Below the pieces are notes generated by a model. The model saw only the letters and a list, made by a program, of their open reading frames with translations, did not search any database and was not told the origin of the DNA. A stretch of DNA of 44,392 bases, from positions 1 to 44,392 of IMG/VR virus record IMGVR_UViG_3300012031_000023. One strand, 5' to 3'. Each line of letters starts with the position of its first letter. Positions within the stretch are counted from its first letter, which is position 1. Source of the DNA: a virus (lineage: Duplodnaviria; Caudoviricetes). A program made the translations under genes and the position numbers. Shown here piece after piece: positions 17,880 through 29,700 of this stretch.

Positions 17880-17904
17880 GTTTGTACAAGTAAGTGTGGT
17901 GATA

Positions 17905-18471
17905 ATGTTACAACCAATAATATTGAGTGGAAGAGTACAGGAAGAGACATCTGATGGATCAATCGGATCAAGTACTGGTCGTGGTGCCGGTCGCTCTGTT
18001 GTATTTTTTGTACAACCTAATATTTCCGAATCTGGTTCCACCAGTTATGCTGAAATAGAGGGTATACGTCAAGCAGCCAATATAATGATATACATGGGAA
18101 GCCCTAGTAGAACCTTTTCAATAGAGGCAACATTTGTTTCTAGATCGGTACAAGAGGCTGAAGCAACACTTGGATATGTTAACACTCTTCGCTCATGGAG
18201 GATGCCAGAACAATCTCCGGGTAGTGGAGTAAAAGCTCCAGCTAGAATATTCCTCACAGGGTTAAATGGACAATTTAAACAAATATCGGTTAGAATGATG
18301 GACCTAAACATAACACTAAACGAAGATGTTGATTACATTGTGGTACCTGAACAGGGCGCAGTTCCAATTGTCTGGAACGTTTCTATGACCCTGAAAGAGG
18401 CCAGATCAATTCAAGAGTTGGGTATGTTTAATATTCAACAATTTAGACAGGGGACATTAGATGGCTGGTAA
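17905..18471 (+). CDS. Tail tube-like / baseplate tube initiator protein
   Basis: F.VQP.ISE...Y, Y.GSPSRTFSI.ATF, P..I.L.G and VPI...VS.TLKE fit the tube fold (gp48/gp54 or CIS tube-like). ATG at 17905 after GGTG preferred over GTG at 17896. Confidence 0.65.
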   Translation: MLQPIILSGRVQEETSDGSIGSSTGRGAGRSVVFFVQPNISESGSTSYAEIEGIRQAANIMIYMGSPSRTFSIEATFVSRSVQEAEATLGYVNTLRSWRMPEQSPGSGVKAPARIFLTGLNGQFKQISVRMMDLNITLNEDVDYIVVPEQGAVPIVWNVSMTLKEARSIQELGMFNIQQFRQGTLDGW

Positions 18472-18847
18472 AAATATAAACAATAGATTCACCCTTTTTC
18501 AGGATAAAACATCTCTAGCAAAAAAATATTCAAGAATGTTGAATGGGGGTAATACTGAGACCAAGGGTAATAAGCTAGGTTGGTGGGAGAGAATTGATAT
18601 TGAAAGAGATATATTTACGGATAAACAATATGTATTAGGTGTCGAACATGAAGGGCGACCTGATCTAGTTGCTGCTAGTATTTACGGTCGCACAAGTCTC
18701 ATGTGGTTGGTTCTACAATATAATAGTATAGTGGATATTGAAGAAGAATTTGTGACTGGTAAAACTATAACACTACCAACTAGAAATAGAGTATTTTCTG
18801 AAATAGCGGTAGAAAACCCCGAAAGAGAGTCAAGTGTAAATGAGTGA
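18461..18847 (+). CDS. Baseplate wedge protein (gp53-like, LysM-like)
   Basis: EGRPDLVA..IYG...LMWLVLQYNSIVD.EEF..G..I.LP motif. Confidence 0.8.
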   Translation: MAGKNINNRFTLFQDKTSLAKKYSRMLNGGNTETKGNKLGWWERIDIERDIFTDKQYVLGVEHEGRPDLVAASIYGRTSLMWLVLQYNSIVDIEEEFVTGKTITLPTRNRVFSEIAVENPERESSVNE

Positions 18848-20627
18848 ACCTAAGAACCCATTAGAACCATATTCTACATATTCTACAACATTTATTCTAT
18901 CGGCATGGACAGACACCCAACAAGCAGAAGATAACCCCCCACCATTAGATTCAGGTCCAGAGGGGTCGGGATTGTCTGGTGGGGGGATATTAATACTCAA
19001 TGATAACTTTGGTACGGATACTAATAGGTTTATAGGGAAGAGACTCAAATATGATTATTCGTGGACTGGGGATAGTTCCTCTAATACTGCAACTATTGGA
19101 GAATTCACCTTACATGATGTAAGTGGTGGGGACTTTTTTATGTTTATGAGGAACGAAGTAGTACCCAAGTTGGGGGGAATATCTATAGAAAATTTATCGT
19201 TCAGACTTGACGTAATTATACACACACCACAAGAAGATGGTGGTGATCCTCTATTTCGGAGTGAGCCAATAATATTTAACGTCAACGATTTCAACTACTC
19301 TTTTACCAATGTTTTGAATCAGTATACATTACAATTTACCTCTTGTTACAACACTAGCGCAAATGTATCTAAACTTACTCGATTATATGACATGAATGTT
19401 ACACACAAAGATGGCCAACTACATGAAGAAGTTCCTAGACCGTCACCCGGTGGAGGATCAATAGTTCCTCGTGGCGCAGAGGATGGTATAAAAAATGGTC
19501 CTAGACAAAATAGAATCATAAAAAGTAAACCTATGACCACATTGAAAGATGCGTTCGAAGCTCTCCAAGTGGAATTGAATGAATCTACAAAAATACACAA
19601 AAACCAATTACAAGAATGGCAAGCAGTCATACGAGACGATTTTATATTTAAACTGGAAACACCCTCTGTACAACAGAAAGAGTTGGATATAAAATTCAAC
19701 ATAAACTTAGATGAAGTATATGATACCTATGGAATTGATAACAGAACTCTTCCCTTTGAACAACCTGAAGGGGATGGTGAAGCCGTTGGTATACGAGTAA
19801 TACCGTCAACGAGTGGCGAAAAAATGCTCAACCTTATAGATCGAATAATGAAATATTCTAGACAGGTGGGTATAGATGCTAGAGAAGGTTTTACTTATAA
19901 GATATGCCCAGTATGGAGAAAACAGGGCACAACCCTATTATATGACATAATCATAAAGAGATTTGAAGTACCTGTAAACTTTGCGGATGGTACGAATACT
20001 GGACCCGGTGAAAGTGGTAAGAACCCATTAACATTTTTTTACAAAGTAGACGAGAACCGTGACGTTAGACGTATTTGTGGACTAGCGCATAGGACTGACA
20101 AGGTTGATATGGTTGAAGATGTAATTGATGTACTTCCCGGAAGAATAGCATATGGTGGTGAACGAGAACCTATAACAGGTGAACGAGAACGAGATATAGA
20201 CTTTTTTAAAATTGGTTATAGTGGTTTTAGGGCAAAGGTAGCAAATAACAGAACACTCGCGGTAGAATACCCTAAAGATTTAGCTGAATCGTTTAAGAAA
20301 AGTTTCAGAATGCAGGGTTTACAAGAGTCCACCTTCATCATAAATATAACCGGAAATATTGACTTGATGAACGATTTAATAAGAAGGCCATCGGAAGTAG
20401 CTTCAGTTACACACCCCAAGGCCGTATACTATAAGTACCCAGAAATACTTCCATTGTATGCCAAGCTTAAAATATTTCTGGAAACTAATTTTGAGGAACA
20501 GGGTGGCCCAACACCGGACCTTTTCTATCACACTAATTGGATGCATATAATGAGAGTAAGTACAGTAATTGATGGTAGTCACTTCCATCAAACTTTAACG
20601 TTAGCAAGATCGGACACTTTGGTATAA
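18840..20627 (+). CDS. Putative baseplate hub protein (gp27-like)
   Basis: 595 aa between gp53-like and gp5-like genes; N-terminal NPL..YSTY and C-terminal I.I.G...I..V.T.I.G..F.Q.L.L.R. Confidence 0.6.
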   Translation: MSEPKNPLEPYSTYSTTFILSAWTDTQQAEDNPPPLDSGPEGSGLSGGGILILNDNFGTDTNRFIGKRLKYDYSWTGDSSSNTATIGEFTLHDVSGGDFFMFMRNEVVPKLGGISIENLSFRLDVIIHTPQEDGGDPLFRSEPIIFNVNDFNYSFTNVLNQYTLQFTSCYNTSANVSKLTRLYDMNVTHKDGQLHEEVPRPSPGGGSIVPRGAEDGIKNGPRQNRIIKSKPMTTLKDAFEALQVELNESTKIHKNQLQEWQAVIRDDFIFKLETPSVQQKELDIKFNINLDEVYDTYGIDNRTLPFEQPEGDGEAVGIRVIPSTSGEKMLNLIDRIMKYSRQVGIDAREGFTYKICPVWRKQGTTLLYDIIIKRFEVPVNFADGTNTGPGESGKNPLTFFYKVDENRDVRRICGLAHRTDKVDMVEDVIDVLPGRIAYGGEREPITGERERDIDFFKIGYSGFRAKVANNRTLAVEYPKDLAESFKKSFRMQGLQESTFIINITGNIDLMNDLIRRPSEVASVTHPKAVYYKYPEILPLYAKLKIFLETNFEEQGGPTPDLFYHTNWMHIMRVSTVIDGSHFHQTLTLARSDTLV

Positions 20628-20630
20628 TTT

Positions 20631-23048
20631 ATGATAGATGAACAACAACTGTTAAACATTTTAAACTCTGAACTCGACGTAGGAGAAGCTACATATAATC
20701 CCATCGGTGTAACTGCTGGGGTTGTTGTTGATACTGATGATCCACTCCAATGTGGGAGGTTGCGAGTATACTGTGCCAACCTTAATGACGATCCAAAAAA
20801 ATTACATCACTTACCGTGGTGTTCATATCTATCACCCTATGGCGGATCAATTTCAAATTCCGAGTTTACAAGAGGTGCCGGTAAAGGTACAGAGAAGAGT
20901 TCGGGAGCCAATGCCTACGGATTCTGGGGAATTCCAGAACAGGGTTCCATTGTTTTAGTTACATGTATAGATGGAGATGAGCGTAGAAGAGTTTGGATGG
21001 GTAATCTACAGTCTCACCAAGAAACACATACTTTATTCCATGGTCGATATGAGTGGGAAGATGGAAAAGCTGAAGGTCCCCTAAGTTCAACAAAACAACC
21101 ATTGAACCCACAGTATGAAAATGCTGATAAAGCGTTCAAGGGTGAAAAGGGTTCCGCTGAGTGGAAAACTCGTCAAGCAGAATATCAAGCGAACGCCAAC
21201 GTAGAGCATAACGAAGAAGTTAAAGTAGATCAACAGTTTACAGAAAAGAGTAGTGCTGAAATTGATCCTTGGGTTAAACCAATTATTGGTTCTCATGGTT
21301 ACGACTGGTCTGGAAACAAATCACTTGGATCATTTTTAGCTTCTAGAGTTTTTGGTTTTTCAACACCCGGCTTCCATGCATTTTCAATGGATGATAGAGC
21401 CTACAATAATAGAATACGACTTCGATCTTCTACAGGACATCAAATAATCTTAGATGATACAAATGAAAGAATTTATATTGCAACCAATGAGGGAAAAAGC
21501 TGGATTGAGATGGATTCTAACGGAAATATTGATGGATACTCCGAAAGACGAATTAACATGACCGCTAAAGAGGACATCAATTTCTCAACAGGTGGAACTT
21601 TTAGAGTAAAAGCTGATAAGGGTATCTATATGTATGCGGGTGATACCACCGGACAACCATCATTACCGGAAACCCCAGAAGACGGTGAAATTAGATTTCA
21701 TTCTACTGGAGATATGCATACGGTTGTGGAAAAGAATTTAAGAATGTTGGTGATGGAAGATTATCTACAAGAAGTTGCGGGAAATTCGGCCACCTCTGTT
21801 GGTGATCAAATGTTCTTACAAGTAGAATCAGGTATTGATGTAATAGTGAATGAAGGGAACTATCAAGTCGCTGTTAATGGAGACTACAGCCATAATGTAA
21901 CCAACGACTCGTCATTTTTTGCTGGCAACGATAACATTATTCAGGCGACAAATGATACTGAAATATTTTCTTACGCTGGAAAAATGGATATTGGTTCCCA
22001 ACTTGAAATGTCCGTAAAGTCATACAGTCAAGCAATTTCAATGGAAGCTATCGAGGGTAATATAAAAATGTCATCCAATGGAAATATTAATCAGGTTGAC
22101 TTGTCGGATACCGGAATAACAATGATGACGGAGAGTGATATACTACAAGCATGTGTGGGTACCCACAGTCTAGCAGTAAGTAAAGAATTGGATGTACAGA
22201 ATCCAGACATTGGATGTTTGAAATTGCCGGGCGTAAACGTTACATTTACTGATGAGCTAATGAGTTTTGACGCACCAGTAGAGATACAATTTAAGGCTGA
22301 AGGAGTAGCAGAGGCCATAACAAAAATTAATGAAAAATTTAACACCATTGAAGAAAAATACAATACTGCAATGGCATCAATTTATGAAACTTTTAATGGT
22401 ATACTAGGTGATCCATTTAACTTCGAAATACCCTTCTTCAATTTACCATCTTTTGTATTCGATTTTGGACTACCAGCACTAGAGTTACCAGAATTCGACT
22501 TCACACTTTGTGTGGATTATGGTTCACTACTAAATGTACAAAGTTTTAATCCATTCCCAGATGGTGGATTTTTTCAAATATCTACATCACTATCCAGTTG
22601 GTCTATCGATTCCATTAAACAGTGGGCTGGTAGACAAAAGCGTAATTTTGAAAATTTGAAAGATTCATTTGATATTGTTGAGGGAATAACCAACGCCCTT
22701 GATGTAGCTAAACAAGACATAAAAAATGATATAACTAATATAAAAAATTCTATTAACGATATTTTTGACGTATCCAATCCAAATAAGATCATTAGTTATA
22801 GAGAGTATACAACAAACATCCAGTCACTTTATACAAACCTTGGCATATATAACACTGGTGCTGCTGGAATATCGGGAGTGCCAACAGTGGGTGGACTGGA
22901 AAATGAGTTAAGTGATATTACCAGAACCAACTCGGGTATATTGCTATTGGTTGATACTGACACAGGGTTTAACACTTCTGATTTTTCTGGACTGGAAAGT
23001 AGTGTTGCCCAGTGGGAAGAATATGAAAAGTTACTGGGAGGAGTCTAA
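20631..23048 (+). CDS. Baseplate central spike (gp5/VgrG-like), no lysozyme domain evident
   Basis: GVVVDTDDPLQCGRLRVYC OB-fold, YGFWGIPEQGS.VLV, IRLRSSTGHQIILDD..ERIYI and beta-helix repeats; long C-terminal extension. Confidence 0.85.
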   Translation: MIDEQQLLNILNSELDVGEATYNPIGVTAGVVVDTDDPLQCGRLRVYCANLNDDPKKLHHLPWCSYLSPYGGSISNSEFTRGAGKGTEKSSGANAYGFWGIPEQGSIVLVTCIDGDERRRVWMGNLQSHQETHTLFHGRYEWEDGKAEGPLSSTKQPLNPQYENADKAFKGEKGSAEWKTRQAEYQANANVEHNEEVKVDQQFTEKSSAEIDPWVKPIIGSHGYDWSGNKSLGSFLASRVFGFSTPGFHAFSMDDRAYNNRIRLRSSTGHQIILDDTNERIYIATNEGKSWIEMDSNGNIDGYSERRINMTAKEDINFSTGGTFRVKADKGIYMYAGDTTGQPSLPETPEDGEIRFHSTGDMHTVVEKNLRMLVMEDYLQEVAGNSATSVGDQMFLQVESGIDVIVNEGNYQVAVNGDYSHNVTNDSSFFAGNDNIIQATNDTEIFSYAGKMDIGSQLEMSVKSYSQAISMEAIEGNIKMSSNGNINQVDLSDTGITMMTESDILQACVGTHSLAVSKELDVQNPDIGCLKLPGVNVTFTDELMSFDAPVEIQFKAEGVAEAITKINEKFNTIEEKYNTAMASIYETFNGILGDPFNFEIPFFNLPSFVFDFGLPALELPEFDFTLCVDYGSLLNVQSFNPFPDGGFFQISTSLSSWSIDSIKQWAGRQKRNFENLKDSFDIVEGITNALDVAKQDIKNDITNIKNSINDIFDVSNPNKIISYREYTTNIQSLYTNLGIYNTGAAGISGVPTVGGLENELSDITRTNSGILLLVDTDTGFNTSDFSGLESSVAQWEEYEKLLGGV

Positions 23049-23386
23049 TGGCTAATGCTTGGTCAGAGAATGAGTTTGTTATAAAAGAGTTTGATGCATT
23101 TGATACTGCTTTAGACTTTTCGGATGTACAGCCACCACTTGCAGTTGAGTCTACTCTGTCACTGGCAGAGATAGCACCGTGGACGAATAGAGTGCCGAGG
23201 CATGAACCATGGCCGAGAGTCATGAAGCAAGATGGTGGGGACACTGAAAACGAAATAAACGAAGGATATAAAGATAATACTGATTGGGTTGACCAGTACG
23301 ATAATGTAACCCCAGAGGGTCGAGAACCCATCGGTGTGGTAGAAGGAGACTTCGAAAATGATCGTGGTCCATTATGGAGAAGGTAA
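23048..23386 (+). CDS. Small baseplate-associated protein (RVPRHEPW motif)
   Basis: 112 aa, TAATG-coupled to the spike gene. Confidence 0.65.
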   Translation: MANAWSENEFVIKEFDAFDTALDFSDVQPPLAVESTLSLAEIAPWTNRVPRHEPWPRVMKQDGGDTENEINEGYKDNTDWVDQYDNVTPEGREPIGVVEGDFENDRGPLWRR

Positions 23387-23391
23387 TTAGT

Positions 23392-23399
23392 TATAAATA
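23392..23399 (+). promoter_or_regulatory. T4-type late promoter TATAAATA
   Basis: Exact consensus 24 nt upstream of the gp25 start. Confidence 0.8.
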
Positions 23400-23422
23400 G
23401 TTTCGACCGAAATTGAAACTAT

Positions 23423-23794
23423 ATGACAACGTTCTACAAAGGTATTAGTCTTAACAGTTATGAAGATGACAAAAACATCGTATTAAAAGATGTAGAGATT
23501 GTCAAACAAGACCTGTTGAATAACATATACACTTCTAGGGGTGAGCGCGTAATGATGCCCAACTATGGAACATCTATTCGAGAAATTTTGTTTCAGCCAC
23601 TAGATGCAGAAACCCTAGCACTGTTACAACAAGAGTTTACTGATGTATTTGAGTATGATCCTAGGGTTAGAATAATTAGCCTCACAGTAAACCCGATATA
23701 CGAAGAGAAAGCTGTGGTAGTGATAGCAGAACTCCGTTACATAGAAATAAATTTCAACGACACAATGGAAATAAGGTTAGAATTCGATGGATAA
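23423..23794 (+). CDS. gp25: Baseplate wedge subunit (gp25 / GPW family)
   Basis: VKQDLLN.I.T.RGERVMMPNYGT.I...LF.PLD and YDPRV motifs. Confidence 0.92.
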   Translation: MTTFYKGISLNSYEDDKNIVLKDVEIVKQDLLNNIYTSRGERVMMPNYGTSIREILFQPLDAETLALLQQEFTDVFEYDPRVRIISLTVNPIYEEKAVVVIAELRYIEINFNDTMEIRLEFDG

Positions 23795-26690
23795 TAGACT
23801 ACAAAACATAGCCGAAAACTGGGAAAGAGCGTATGACGCATTCCAACAAGTAAATTTTAAAGCGTGGGATTACGATAGTATCAAGCAATCCATGCTTGAT
23901 TACATGAAGTTATACTATCCAGAAGATTTTAATGATTATATCGAATCATCAGATTTGGTTGCAGTCATAGAACTGTTTGCATATCTGGGTGAGTTGTTAG
24001 CATATAGAATTGACCTCAACACCCACGAAAACTTTTTAGCCACCGCTGAGAGAAAGGAGTCAGTACTCAGATTAGCCAGATTCCTTTCATACAACTCATC
24101 TAGAAACATACCGGCTAGAGGGTTGGTAAAATTAACAACAGTTTCTACAACCGAAACTGTTATAGATAGTAGAGGAAATGATCTATCGAATAGAACAATT
24201 GTATGGAACGACCCCAATAATGATAATTGGAAAGAACAATTTCTTTTGGTCATGCAACAGGTGTTGTCCCAAAATTTTGGAACCGTCCTACCATCTGACC
24301 GAGTACAAGTTCAGAATGTATTGTTCGAATTATATGGATTAATTAATGAACCGGTTGCCGGAGAAGCTTTAAAATATAGCGTTTCCGTTTCCGGTGATAG
24401 TTACCCAATGGAGTTAGTTAGTGCGGAGTTAAACGAGTTTGGTCCAATCGAAAAAAGACCAGAGCGTTCTCAACAAATTAATGCCCTATACTTGAATGAC
24501 GGTTTAGGTGACTCTTCAGATAGTACAGGATTTTTCTTCTACACTAAACAGGGTACACTCCAAAAAGAAACATACTTCTTCGATGGTATTTTACCAAACC
24601 AAACCAAGACCCTAGCGGCTACTAGTATAAACAATACGGACCTATGGCTCAATAACATTGATGACGAAACTGATGAAGTTTTGAGTGGCGGTGAGCGATA
24701 TAATGAGCCTAGAGTTGGAGAGTGGCAGGAAGTAGATGTAACAAATGCACAAAACATTCTCTACAACACATCCCCTAACCGAAACAAATATGAAGTAGAA
24801 ACCATGGATGCTGATGGGGTTAGATTGATATTTGGGGATGGTAATTTTTCGAACATACCTTCTGGGAAGTTTGATATATGGTATAGAACATCAACAAGTC
24901 CCAATGAGGGATTAGTTATTCCTAGAAGTTCAATACAGAATAAATCTTCTAACTTTAGATACAAAGATGAAACTGGTGCAATACGAACATTTTCATTTTC
25001 ATTCAGTCTCGTGTCTCCCATCCAAAACTCTGCCCCTAGTGAAAGTGTAGATCGTATAAGGGAAGTGGCTCCATCTGTGTATTACACACAAGATAGAATG
25101 GTTAATGGAAGAGACTACAATGAGTTCTTACTTCAGGATAATACTATTCTGAAACTTAGATCAATAAACCGAACATTTGCTGGAGATTCCAAGTACATAG
25201 GATGGCATGACCCTAAAGAATATTACGAAAATGTTAAAATGTTTGGTGATGATTTAGCTCTATATTTCAATACAGAAACTAAAAACTTTAATATATTATC
25301 AGATGATTTACCTCCTGAAGATGGTGGTATAAACATTCCTCTAATAAACTCATTGTTACAAAACCACATCGAGCCGATATTACGCCGACAAGATTTTTAT
25401 AATTCATTGATACTTGGGGGAATGCAGCCAGCATTTTATGGTTATGAGTTTTCTTCAGATGAATACAGTGATTTACTGTCTAGTATAAACTCTATTATTA
25501 CTTCTGCGCCCAACACACTATATTTAACTTATACACTACAGGCAGATCAGAGTGATAACTTTTGGCAAGTTGAATTAGTGGAACCTACAGACTGGGATAT
25601 TTCAATAACATCACAAACGGATAATAGTTGGTTGATTAATTTTAAAACTAGAGAAATTTATGCTACCAGTCCGGAAACTAAATTCAATATAACCAACGAA
25701 GAAAGAATTCTAACCTATGATACATTAAACTCTAATAGGGATAATATAGTAATACTAAAAGCTAATGTGGGTTCAGATGGAGCATGCTTAACTTCCAACC
25801 AAAATTTCGTAATATCGAATGGAGTGTTATTCCAAGAAGGCCCAAACAGTGGTGTTAGAGATTTTAACACTTTATCAATATTACCCACAGATGATGACAA
25901 CAATGGTCTACCGGATGGAGTTGATCTATCATACTTGATAGGTACTACAGACTACGTATACTTTAACAGAGTGGATACAAACTCTCCATGGGTATATACC
26001 CCCTACACAACATCCGTAGAAGCCATGTGGACTGCTGACGTAGACGATTTATGGAAAAGAGAGAGAGGTGTGGAGGGAATAAACTTCCTATGGCTACACA
26101 GAACTCCTAGATACCATCTAATTGACCCAGCGGCATCTAACATCATTGATACGTTTATTATAACAAGGGGCTACTATTCAAGTGTTAGGTCATGGTTGAA
26201 CGGAAAACTCGATGATGAACCGACAAGACCTACCCCATTCGACTTGAAAGCATCATACTCGTACCTAATTGAAAACAAGATGATTTCAGACACGATGTTG
26301 CTACAGCCCGGAATCATTAAACCTATTATCGGTTCAAAGGCTCAGAGAGAATTACAAGCTACCTTAAAGGTTATAAAATCTGAAAACACTGTTACGAGTG
26401 ACAATAAAATAAAAAACCAGATTGTGGAAGTTGTTAATCGCTTTTTTGATGTGAATTTTTGGAACTTTGGTCAACCATTTTATTTTACTGAACTATCAGC
26501 CGCAATACATAACAGTCTTGGATATAATATAGAATCGGTCGTGTTAGTACCCAAAGCTGCGGGTAGTTTCTTTGGAGACTTACACGAGATTATTCCCACA
26601 GAAGATGAAATCTTACAGGCTAGTATTAGTGTAGATGATATTGAGATAGTACAAAATTTGGATTCTAAAACTCTCGTACAAAGACTTTGA
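23787..26690 (+). CDS. gp6: Baseplate wedge subunit (gp6-like / baseplate J family)
   Basis: ENFLATAERKESVLRLA..LSY, LIFGDG.F, ES...IR..AP..YYTQDRMV..RDY and FF....WNFG..FYF.EL. Confidence 0.88.
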   Translation: MDNRLQNIAENWERAYDAFQQVNFKAWDYDSIKQSMLDYMKLYYPEDFNDYIESSDLVAVIELFAYLGELLAYRIDLNTHENFLATAERKESVLRLARFLSYNSSRNIPARGLVKLTTVSTTETVIDSRGNDLSNRTIVWNDPNNDNWKEQFLLVMQQVLSQNFGTVLPSDRVQVQNVLFELYGLINEPVAGEALKYSVSVSGDSYPMELVSAELNEFGPIEKRPERSQQINALYLNDGLGDSSDSTGFFFYTKQGTLQKETYFFDGILPNQTKTLAATSINNTDLWLNNIDDETDEVLSGGERYNEPRVGEWQEVDVTNAQNILYNTSPNRNKYEVETMDADGVRLIFGDGNFSNIPSGKFDIWYRTSTSPNEGLVIPRSSIQNKSSNFRYKDETGAIRTFSFSFSLVSPIQNSAPSESVDRIREVAPSVYYTQDRMVNGRDYNEFLLQDNTILKLRSINRTFAGDSKYIGWHDPKEYYENVKMFGDDLALYFNTETKNFNILSDDLPPEDGGINIPLINSLLQNHIEPILRRQDFYNSLILGGMQPAFYGYEFSSDEYSDLLSSINSIITSAPNTLYLTYTLQADQSDNFWQVELVEPTDWDISITSQTDNSWLINFKTREIYATSPETKFNITNEERILTYDTLNSNRDNIVILKANVGSDGACLTSNQNFVISNGVLFQEGPNSGVRDFNTLSILPTDDDNNGLPDGVDLSYLIGTTDYVYFNRVDTNSPWVYTPYTTSVEAMWTADVDDLWKRERGVEGINFLWLHRTPRYHLIDPAASNIIDTFIITRGYYSSVRSWLNGKLDDEPTRPTPFDLKASYSYLIENKMISDTMLLQPGIIKPIIGSKAQRELQATLKVIKSENTVTSDNKIKNQIVEVVNRFFDVNFWNFGQPFYFTELSAAIHNSLGYNIESVVLVPKAAGSFFGDLHEIIPTEDEILQASISVDDIEIVQNLDSKTLVQRL

Positions 26691-26715
26691 TGGGAAACAC
26701 TAATTGTGTTCCCCA

Positions 26716-26723
26716 TATAAATA
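26716..26723 (+). promoter_or_regulatory. T4-type late promoter TATAAATA, preceded by a hairpin at 26690-26716
   Basis: Exact consensus 27 nt upstream of the 3084-aa gene; ATGGGAAACAC-TAATT-GTGTTCCCCAT lies immediately before it. Confidence 0.8.
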
Positions 26724-26749
26724 TCACGAAGTAAGAACCAAATAAATTA

Positions 26750-29700
26750 ATGTCCCGTAAACATATCACTGATTATAAAAAGGGTGAAGTTGTTGATACG
26801 TCAACCCTACTACCAGAATATTCTAGAAGCCGTCTATGGGATGGTATTTCTAAGAATATCCTCAACAGGTTTTTAACGAAGAAAAACTTCGAAGAAGTGA
26901 CCGGTTATGTTGGTAAAGAGGCAACTAACACAGTGTTGTCTAGAATTAGTGAAGACAGTGAATTTTTACAAAAAAACCAACTCCAAGAAGTAATAAGCAC
27001 ATCAGTTGGTTCTGAAACCAAGTTTATGACTTTCGAAAAGTTCTTGGAAAAATTAGAGCGCGATGGTGTTGATATTAGTAGATTCAACGAATGGGGTGAA
27101 ACACTCCAATTCAATTTTTATCCACCTATCAACATAGACAAGATTATAAATTATCAAGATTACTACTGGACGAATCGAGAAACATCTCCAAACTATATCA
27201 CGGTTGAAAAACAATCAACGCGATCAAACGCAAAATATGATGAACTGAAAAGGGGTATATTTTCGGATATAACTGAAACCGGCCCTTCAACAGAAATAAA
27301 CATGGCTCCAGATGGGATGTTCATAGTCCACGATGTAGAAGAAAATCGATATGTTCCTGTGGTTAAAGTTGGTGGAGTAATAGAAAGCTTAGATGACTGG
27401 ACACTCAACCTCACCTCATTCAACGAATATGTTAAGTTGGATAGAGGGATAGCATCTTTAGTAGGCAACGAACTACGAGTGGACGGACAGTTTTTAACTG
27501 GTGCCGCAGAAGGGTTTATTCTAAGTCTATACACCACATTGGGTGGTAGCCAAGAATTTGTAACGGTATCATCTTATGAAATTGATGAAAATAATAATCA
27601 AACTATATTCACACTTAACGAAACTCCAATCACATCACCTACTAAGGTCTCCGTTCACCCGTATACATTGGCTGCTAGAAACGAAGCGTTATACTTTAAC
27701 GATATTCTTGAACCGTTACCCATTGACGAACTAAGTGTCTATGATGCTGGAGAACCGGTTTGGTATACCAGAAGGTTGGAAGTATCTTCTACCACCGGCA
27801 CTGTAACAACATTAGGTTCAAACGTATTGGATGAGTCAGTTGAGAGCTTTGCCACTTTAATACCCTCCGGTGTTGATTATGGTGTAAGAATTCTTACTGG
27901 CCCCAATAAGGGTGACTATGATGTAGAATCTTTCACTATGGGGACACTAACTGTCTCGGGACAAGAATTTTTCGTAGATAGTCAGATTGAATATAGCATC
28001 TATGTTAAAGATGAGTTGACACAAAATGTGGTTCCACAGGAAGCAGATTTTTGGTTTGACCAAAACAGTAACACCCTAAAACAATTCATTTCCGGTACAT
28101 GGGTTGATAAAATTTATTTCTTTTCTATTTTATATGATAGTGAAAATAGTAAGCTGCGAGCAGATAGTAATGACTGGGCAGAAGAAAATGTGTGGGTACA
28201 TAAAAACCAACTAACAAGCCTGTCTGGGAATAGACAAGCGGTACAACCTATCATAGAATACAAAAATTATATAGAATTATCTTCGTTTTCTAGATTTGTT
28301 TTTGAGTGGGCATATAGATCATCTTCTACCGAAAACTATGAGAATGTAAGTTCTGAACCCAATCTTTTAGAAATAAAGCCGCTCGAAATTCCAGATACCG
28401 AGAGTCCTACATTTTTTGTGGGATTCCCCTCAGATAAAATTATACATGTTCCAGAAGAGTATGGCAACTTAGCAACCGTTATATATCCGGGTGATAAAAT
28501 AAACTTGGAAGGTTTTAATAATAATGATGGTCAATATACTGTAGACAGTGTTGAATTTGTACAAGTATCATTTGGTGAAAGATATCAAACTGTTATAACA
28601 GTTGTTGAAAGTTTAACCGTTATCACAAACTCTGATGGTGGTGGAACAATTTACCCAGATGTAACATCATTGGGTGACAGTTATGATTCCACTGCAAACC
28701 ATTGGGCTTTTGTGGGTATAAGAAGTATAACAGCGAGTGGTGCTGAACCTGAAGTTAATCCTATGTTGGGACTAGGCTCTGAATTTTCAACCAATATAAC
28801 AAACACGGTTGGAGAACAATATCAAACCAAGATAGGTCTCAATTGGCAAGAGTTTAACCCACTTAACACCTATTCTGGAGCCATAATTGAGCTTGACCCC
28901 TCCTTACATGACCTATCCCTTTTCGAAGATTATCAAGAAGGTGATTTGCGTGTGTACATTGACAATAGAAGAGTATATGGTGACTTTTTGGACCTTTCCA
29001 ACTCTATAGGAGAATTTGTCACAGGTGTTCAGTTTGACTCAGATATAGAAATAACACCCGAAAATAAAATACGGGTCGAGTTGGGAGAGTATTGGGTAGA
29101 AGATATTGGTAGAAGAGATGTCACAGTCATTGATAAAAGTGGAAATATAGATTCTTACAATCTATCCAGATATAAAAAAATAGAGCAAGTTAAAACACTC
29201 GCTAACCAATATCCGCTATTCAAACTGTATGACATTTTTGGAACTCCTATTGAAGACGCAAATCCGATATTTTGGTTTAAAGAAAATAGTGAGTTTGGTA
29301 TAAACAGAACACTGGATGCCAGAGTAGAGTTCAAGAGAAATACTAGAGATTTAGTTTTTGAGCATGGACTAGTTGATGACCAAGGGCGACTAAGATGTTA
29401 TCTAGATTTACGTGATGGTCAAATAAAGACCATTTGGAAGCGGGGGGAAATGTACGAACTTTCTGTCCCGTCAAAAGTAGGTGATGATTGGGACATTACT
29501 AATAACTGGCGATACAATATACAACATGAACTTAGAAAAGAGGTGAGTCTCACTGATCTTTTCCGTCACTTTAAAACCATGACTATAGCTCAAGAGCCAA
29601 CCAAATATAATTCTAGTCTACCTGAAGAAATATTCCACGCATTAGATCACCCGAATTTAGGTTTAGGTGGCACAATTAAAGAACATAATGGTAATCTTGA

